A stretch of 64,000 nucleotides of DNA, from the NCBI GenBank assembly GCA_022653675.1, contig JALCST010000008.1:18234-82233 (forward strand), written 5' to 3'. Under the pieces are notes generated by a model. That model did not search any database, was not told the origin of the DNA, and was given only the letters and a program-made list of their open reading frames with translations. This document shows, in pieces, positions 59,124 through 64,000 of the stretch. This DNA is from Bacteroidales bacterium. GTDB taxonomy: Bacteria > Bacteroidota > Bacteroidia > Bacteroidales > UBA932. Numbering within the stretch: the stretch's first letter is position 1; the number at the start of each line of letters is the position of its first letter. The translations under genes and the position numbers were made by a program.

Positions 59124-59432
59124 TTAAATGATCTCCTCAACTTCAATCCTGGAAAGGCACTGGCGATGCCCGTTCTTCTTGTCCATCCCCTTGTGAGGAA
59201 TCTTGTGGAATACGATGACCTTGTCTCCTTTCAGATGATCAAGGACCTTGGCCTTTACAGAAGCTCCCTCCACATAAGGAGCACCGACCTTGACGGCACC
59301 GTCATTATCGACGAGCAGAACCTTGTTGAAATTCACTTCATCACCTTTTTCAGCATGAAGGCGGTTGCAATATATCTTGCTTCCCTTCTCGACCTTGAAC
59401 TGCTGTCCGGCGATGTCTACGATAGCGTACAT
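59124..59432 (-). CDS. rplU: 50S ribosomal protein L21
   Basis: MYAIVDIAGQQFKVEKG...KVLLV...KGDKVIVFHKIPHKGMDKKNGHRQ. Confidence 0.95.
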   Translation of the reverse strand: MYAIVDIAGQQFKVEKGSKIYCNRLHAEKGDEVNFNKVLLVDNDGAVKVGAPYVEGASVKAKVLDHLKGDKVIVFHKIPHKGMDKKNGHRQCLSRIEVEEII

Positions 59433-59456
59433 AAAAACTTTTGCTTATAAGTTTCC

Positions 59457-59525
59457 GACCGTAAGCGGACACACTTAAGTATCTCTTAATCACTAGCTTA
59501 TCGGTCATATTATTCCCTTACGGGA
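59457..59525 (-). promoter_or_regulatory. Structured 5' leader of rplU-rpmA (candidate r-protein autoregulatory element)
   Basis: On the minus strand, a GNRA hairpin UCCC-GUAA-GGGA (59514-59525) is followed by a 10-bp bulged stem, GACCGAUAAGC...GCUUACGGUC (59496-59506 pairs with 59457-59466). That stem encloses an inner UUAAG/CUUAA hairpin and ends 24 nt before the ATG. Confidence 0.3.
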
Positions 59526-59590
59526 GTGCGAATATAACGTTAATATTCCGAAAGCCAAAATATTTTCAAAAAAACATGTACTGGAACCGA

Positions 59591-61537
59591 TTACCTGTAT
59601 TTCAACAACGCTATCACGCCGTCCATCGTGGAAACAAGCAAGCGGTTATCGGAGAGCGGAAGTATTGAGTTGATCAATGCAACCGAAATCTTGTACTTCC
59701 AACGCAACGTTCCGTCGGAAGCGTCATAACAAAATATATTGCCCTTGTCGGTTGGGACGAAGACGAGACTGTCCGTACAAGTTATGGGAGAGGGAGCTAT
59801 TTCGTATCCGAAACCGGCATCGGAATTTGTCCACAAATAACGGGGCCGATGTTCCACGGCCTTGGTTTCGACGGCCATGAGTTTGTTCCACATGGTTTTC
59901 ACATAAAATACCTTGCCGTTTTCCGAGAGGCCTATGGCCTCCCTCCCCCCTTTCCCTTGGAAAACCGTACTGCCGCTCACCGCATCGATGGCATAGAACT
60001 TTCGTTCGGGAGTCACTACAAAGATTTCCCCATCCGACTTGACAGGCCAGACTGCAGCAGGGGAATACATCCTGGAACCTTTAGTCTCCCATTTCCATTG
60101 CAAAGTTCCTCGGGACGAAGAAAGGCTGTAAAGCGTATTCCCCCATGTTCCGAAAACGACTTGGGATTTGTCAACATAAGGCTTGCATTCCACGAATCCT
60201 TTCACGCCTTCGAAAGTCCATACTGCCTTGCCGTCCTTAAGCCTCAGAGCCCGGAAAATCCCGTCGGAAGCACCTATATAAACATTTTCTCCATATACCA
60301 TAGGCGAACCAAGAACGGATTTGCCGCATTCCACCTTCCACAACTGTTTTCCATCCGAAAGCCCGAAACAGTAAATGCCCCCATCGCAACAACCCACTAC
60401 CACCTTTCCACAAGAAACGGCGGGAGTAGAGAATATTTTTCCTCCCAGCGTACGATTCCAAACCTTCAAGCCATCCTTCAGCCTGAGGCATGTAACAGTA
60501 CCACCTTCATCGGCATACAGGGCGTAAGTCCCGCTTTCGTCTGTCACCGCCCCGCACCCCACATCGGAAACATCCTGGACTCTCCACAAGGTCCGGACCC
60601 CGGATTCAGCATTGACAGAAAAATTCATCCAGGGAAAATCGTCCGGCAGAGCATAAAACTCGGACAAAGCTTTAGGATCATTACCATCCACCTTTTTCGG
60701 CTTGTCCTTCCTGACAATGCCGAGATAGCGAGGCGACGAGCTTCGCGGTACAGATAACCATGCGGCCATCTCCGGCTTACCCACATATTTTTCACAAACG
60801 AATATACTGTCATCGGTGACAGTCACTATGTTGTAGCCTACTTCCCTTTTGGAATCGGGATCCGGCGAACGACCGATCATTCCGCGGATCCCTCCATCGT
60901 ATGTCAGGGAAGCGTTATGGTGCCAATGGCCCCCCATGACCAATTGCAGATTCGTGCGGGCCACCAGGTCAAGCACCTGAAAGTAATTCAGCATGGAAGT
61001 ATCCTGCGGATAATGGTTGACAAATATGACCGGCTGATCCGCAGGAATCGCATCGGTAAGGGAATCAAGCCATACTACCGTCTCATGAGGCAGCAGAGCT
61101 GGGGCCATTCTCATGTTCGGGCCGCTGTTGGTCCCTATGAAGCGTATCCCGTCAGAGGCTACGAAAGTATAGTTTTCATAGCCGAACACCTTCCTGAAAG
61201 TGTTGCATCCGCTTTCGGACCATTTCGCGTCGTGGTTTCCCGCAGAAATCCAATATGGAATATTCAGACTGTCGATGATGGTTTTGGCAAGCCTTATCTC
61301 TTCGTCGGCTCCGAATTCCGTTATGTCGCCGTTGAATATGGCGAATTCCAAATCCGGTTGTGAGTCGACGTCCCTTATGCATTGCCTGAGAAAACCGATC
61401 CTGTCTGACCCCAATGCTATATGGGTATCTGCAAGATATGCGAAGCGGAGAGTTTTCCCTTTAGAATTTGAACTTTGTGCAGTACAATTCCCGGCGATAA
61501 GGGACACTGCCAGGATAGCGACCAGTATCCTATTCAT
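59591..61537 (-). CDS. Secreted fusion protein: calcineurin-like metallophosphoesterase domain + PQQ-like (BamB-type) beta-propeller repeats
   Basis: Signal peptide [24 protein letters not shown] motifs [25 protein letters not shown] and GGHWHH. The C-terminal half has repeated ...G.V.C....DG...W... blades ([45 protein letters not shown]). Confidence 0.75.
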   Translation of the reverse strand: MNRILVAILAVSLIAGNCTAQSSNSKGKTLRFAYLADTHIALGSDRIGFLRQCIRDVDSQPDLEFAIFNGDITEFGADEEIRLAKTIIDSLNIPYWISAGNHDAKWSESGCNTFRKVFGYENYTFVASDGIRFIGTNSGPNMRMAPALLPHETVVWLDSLTDAIPADQPVIFVNHYPQDTSMLNYFQVLDLVARTNLQLVMGGHWHHNASLTYDGGIRGMIGRSPDPDSKREVGYNIVTVTDDSIFVCEKYVGKPEMAAWLSVPRSSSPRYLGIVRKDKPKKVDGNDPKALSEFYALPDDFPWMNFSVNAESGVRTLWRVQDVSDVGCGAVTDESGTYALYADEGGTVTCLRLKDGLKVWNRTLGGKIFSTPAVSCGKVVVGCCDGGIYCFGLSDGKQLWKVECGKSVLGSPMVYGENVYIGASDGIFRALRLKDGKAVWTFEGVKGFVECKPYVDKSQVVFGTWGNTLYSLSSSRGTLQWKWETKGSRMYSPAAVWPVKSDGEIFVVTPERKFYAIDAVSGSTVFQGKGGREAIGLSENGKVFYVKTMWNKLMAVETKAVEHRPRYLWTNSDAGFGYEIAPSPITCTDSLVFVPTDKGNIFCYDASDGTLRWKYKISVALINSILPLSDNRLLVSTMDGVIALLKYR

Positions 61538-62408
61538 TTTCCGCTAATTCCATAAGATACTGCCCGTACTGGTTCTTGATCATCGGCTTTGCGACTTCAA
61601 TGAGCTTCTCCCTGGTCATCCATCCGTTGTTGAAAGCTATCTCTTCCAGACAAGCTATCTTCAATCCCTGGCGGTTTTCGAGTACCTGTACGAAATTGGT
61701 AGCTTCTGCAAGGGAATCGTGGGTACCCGTATCGAGCCATGCGAAACCTCGGCCCAGCAACTCAACCTTCAATTCGTGAGATCGGAGATAATAATCGTTC
61801 ACTGATGTTATCTCGAGTTCACCTCGGGCAGAAGGTTTGACATTGCATGCCACTTCCACCACGCTGTTCGGATAAAAATAGAGACCAACGACAGCATAGT
61901 TGCTCTTCGGTTCCAAAGGTTTCTCCTCTATGGACACAGGGTTAAGATCTTTATCGAATTCGACCACTCCGTAACGTTCAGGGTCACGCACACGGTATCC
62001 GAAGACGGTAGCAAGTCTCCTCTCATCTGCATTCCCTACCGCATCGGCAAGCAATTTACCAAATCCGGGACCATGAAATATGTTGTCGCCCAAAACAAGG
62101 CAGACGCTGTCGCCGCCAATAAAGTCTGATCCGATTATGAAAGCCTGAGCAAGCCCTTCCGGAGAGGGCTGCTCCGCATAGGAAAGCTTTATCCCGAAAT
62201 CCGAACCGTCTCCAAGGAGACGCCGGAACATCGGGAGGTCAAAAGGAGTAGAGATTATCAATATATCCCTTATGCCGGCCAACATGAGAACCGAAAGCGG
62301 ATAATAGACCATCGGCTTGTCATATACGGGAAGCATCTGTTTGGAGACACCCCTGGTAATCGGGTAAAGCCTTGTACCCGAACCTCCCGCTAGCACTATG
62401 CCTTTCAT
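61530..62408 (-). CDS. rfbA: Glucose-1-phosphate thymidylyltransferase
   Basis: [18 protein letters not shown], the SKQ loop, LGDNIF and the EITSVN-type C-terminal region. The true ATG at 62408 overlaps the cobB stop (ATGA). The ORF-track 5' extension runs through cobB in another frame. Confidence 0.93.
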   Translation of the reverse strand: MKGIVLAGGSGTRLYPITRGVSKQMLPVYDKPMVYYPLSVLMLAGIRDILIISTPFDLPMFRRLLGDGSDFGIKLSYAEQPSPEGLAQAFIIGSDFIGGDSVCLVLGDNIFHGPGFGKLLADAVGNADERRLATVFGYRVRDPERYGVVEFDKDLNPVSIEEKPLEPKSNYAVVGLYFYPNSVVEVACNVKPSARGELEITSVNDYYLRSHELKVELLGRGFAWLDTGTHDSLAEATNFVQVLENRQGLKIACLEEIAFNNGWMTREKLIEVAKPMIKNQYGQYLMELAENE

Positions 62409-63118
62409 TGCTGCATCGGGTCCTTGACCTCCTTTAGAAGTATTTCCCGGAGCCTGCGCATTCCGGAAGTAGCCTTTTCCTGAATCTGGTAGAACTGCTC
62501 GTAATTCAAGCGTATGGGCTGCGGATCTATAAGATATATCTGGGTCCCGCGTTTTGCGTAACCTACAAGCCCGGCCGCAGGGTAAACATTCATGGAAGTT
62601 CCTATTATCAACAGTATGTCTGCAGTCGAAACTTCCACGGCAGCTTTTTGAATCATTGGAACCGGCTCCCCGAACCAAACGACATGGGGTCTCAACTGTT
62701 TTCCGCGGCTATCGCAATCGCCCAGGTTGACATCACTATAACCTATGTCCTTTACATGTCTGCACGCATCGTCGTCGACCGGACGGACTTTTGTAAGTTC
62801 CCCATGAAGATGGATGACATTGGTGGAACCACCGCGTTCGTGCAGATTATCTATATTCTGCGTCACGACCACGACATCGTAATACTTCTCAAGTTCGGCA
62901 ATTATACTGTGGGCTTCATTCGGTTGCGCAGCCTGAAGCTTCTTTCGAAGCATGTTGTAAAATTCGAGCACCATCTTCGGATTGCGATACCATCCGTCGA
63001 TAGAGGCTACGTCCTGTACGTTGTAATTCTCCCAAAGACCGTTGCTGTCCCTGTAAGTCTTCATTCCGCTTTCTGCGCTGACTCCGGCGCCGGAAAGAAC
63101 AACTAGTTTCTGCATCAT
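62405..63118 (-). CDS. cobB: NAD-dependent protein deacylase (sirtuin, CobB/Sir2 family)
   Basis: [23 protein letters not shown], catalytic [14 protein letters not shown] and [12 protein letters not shown]. Confidence 0.9.
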   Translation of the reverse strand: MMQKLVVLSGAGVSAESGMKTYRDSNGLWENYNVQDVASIDGWYRNPKMVLEFYNMLRKKLQAAQPNEAHSIIAELEKYYDVVVVTQNIDNLHERGGSTNVIHLHGELTKVRPVDDDACRHVKDIGYSDVNLGDCDSRGKQLRPHVVWFGEPVPMIQKAAVEVSTADILLIIGTSMNVYPAAGLVGYAKRGTQIYLIDPQPIRLNYEQFYQIQEKATSGMRRLREILLKEVKDPMQQ

Positions 63119-64000
63119 ATTTTTTTATTTGCAAAATAATAATTTTCAAGCCAATACCTAAAAACAGGATCCATAATCCACGCCCTCTCCCCCGAATCGA
63201 AGGTTACTACCTCCTTCTTCTGCAAAGCCTCTTTTACCCGGAAAACGTTGGCGGAAGACCTGAGGCCGTATTTCGAAATCACATTTTCGCTACTGAATCT
63301 ATCGTTCCCGTCTATGACAGCCTGTACGAACCTGATCTGATTGGCGGTAATACCGTCCATGGCGGAAACGAAATAAGGACCATGAATACGCAGAAGCATT
63401 TTGATCGAAACATCGACCATCTCATCCGTTACATAACCGCGGGTAAGTCCGTAGCAGATCGCACAGAGCTGGCGAAGATAACCGGGATGGCAATCGGTAA
63501 CCCTGCATATTTTCTCAATCTGGTATTTCTCTATCACCTTGCCGGCCTTGAGAAAAGTCCTGTTTATGTACCGTTGGAAATCCCCGCTGTCTATTTTGGA
63601 CAATTCTAGGGGCTCTGCGAAGCCGTAAAGGTACTTCTTACCTTCGAAAACATATTTCATGAGATTCACACCGGATCCGCACAGAATATATGTTACGCCT
63701 TCATGACGACTCCAAACTGAGTCAAGCAATCCGAAGAATTTTTCCGCATCCTGAAACAGGGCTGTGTTCTGAAACTCCTTCAGCAGGATAACTGGCGAGC
63801 ATCCCTTTGATACGCAAAAGCTTTCGCAGCAATCGAGTAGTTCGGCGACACACTTGTCGGAAATGTATTCCCCCATGTCCGAAACAGGGACCATTCCGGA
63901 AGAATGCACGGATTCTGCGACGGAGTTGTAAAGCTTCACTGCAAAAGCCCCGGAAGAACGGACATTGAACAAATCGACCGTACACAAACAATAATTGGGT
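63115..64000 (-). CDS. ATP-binding protein of the archaeal-type ATPase (Arch_ATPase/DUF234-like) class, partial (N-terminus beyond the window)
   Basis: The frame stays open to the window edge, and the ORF-track start is only an internal TTG. A Walker-B-like hydrophobic stretch is followed by ...ILLKEFQ, and the C-terminus is winged-helix-like (NQIRFVQAVIDGNDRFSSENVISKYGLRSSANVFRVKEAL). The family call is tentative. The stop overlaps the cobB start. Confidence 0.55.
   Translation of the reverse strand, partial: PNYCLCTVDLFNVRSSGAFAVKLYNSVAESVHSSGMVPVSDMGEYISDKCVAELLDCCESFCVSKGCSPVILLKEFQNTALFQDAEKFFGLLDSVWSRHEGVTYILCGSGVNLMKYVFEGKKYLYGFAEPLELSKIDSGDFQRYINRTFLKAGKVIEKYQIEKICRVTDCHPGYLRQLCAICYGLTRGYVTDEMVDVSIKMLLRIHGPYFVSAMDGITANQIRFVQAVIDGNDRFSSENVISKYGLRSSANVFRVKEALQKKEVVTFDSGERAWIMDPVFRYWLENYYFANKKI

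Noticed and set aside
61530-62678. 382-aa version of the rfbA ORF with a 90-aa N-terminal extension
   Set aside because: The extension runs through the cobB coding region in another frame and is Arg/Cys-rich nonsense. The conserved RfbA N-terminus [14 protein letters not shown] begins at ATG 62408, forming an ATGA overlap with the cobB stop.
62405-64000. ATPase + SIR2 pair as a possible anti-phage defence system (SIR2-HerA/Thoeris/DSR-like)
   Set aside because: The SIR2 protein is a compact 237-aa canonical CobB-type deacylase ([30 protein letters not shown]). It is not a divergent NADase fused to sensor domains. There are no mobile-element or island signatures, and the flanks are housekeeping genes. 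I keep only the low-key operon observation.

Overview
This window reads as a compact, ordinary housekeeping stretch of a Bacteroidota (Bacteroidales-like) chromosome. The lineage call rests on TAnnTTTG -7 promoter boxes in most intergenic gaps, the DUF4295, DUF4199 and DUF1573 families, a Rho with a giant insertion, and almost no Shine-Dalgarno sequences.

I call about 60 protein genes. They cover translation (pheT, thrS, infC-rpmI-rplT, rpmB-rpmG, rpmH, rpmA-rplU, serS, rluD, rsmG, prmA, ybaK), secretion and envelope (ftsY, secA, lepB, a DsbD-like protein, an LptD-like protein, an amidase, cdsA-psd), proteostasis (tig-clpP-clpX, ftsH) and replication and repair (dnaA, polA, ruvC, rho). There is one tRNA-Leu(TAG).

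Three real genes under 60 aa are missing from the ORF track: a DUF4295-like protein, a 2x[4Fe-4S] ferredoxin and rpmH. Many ORF-track starts are upstream artefacts, and I re-set them.

I found no mobile elements, CRISPR arrays, rRNA or defence island, and no convincing novel multi-gene system. The best leads are modest:
- infC seems to start at ATC behind a perfect AGGAGG.
- bL27 carries an ~84-aa Lys/Ala/Pro-rich tail.
- Rho has a ~243-aa disordered insertion with an AT-hook-like RGRP motif.
- The rplU leader is structured.
- An AT-rich gap upstream of dnaA could be an origin.
- A four-gene operon with overlapping ends runs ATPase, sirtuin, RfbA, then a secreted metallophosphoesterase/beta-propeller fusion.

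All family assignments come from motif recognition by eye, not from database searches.
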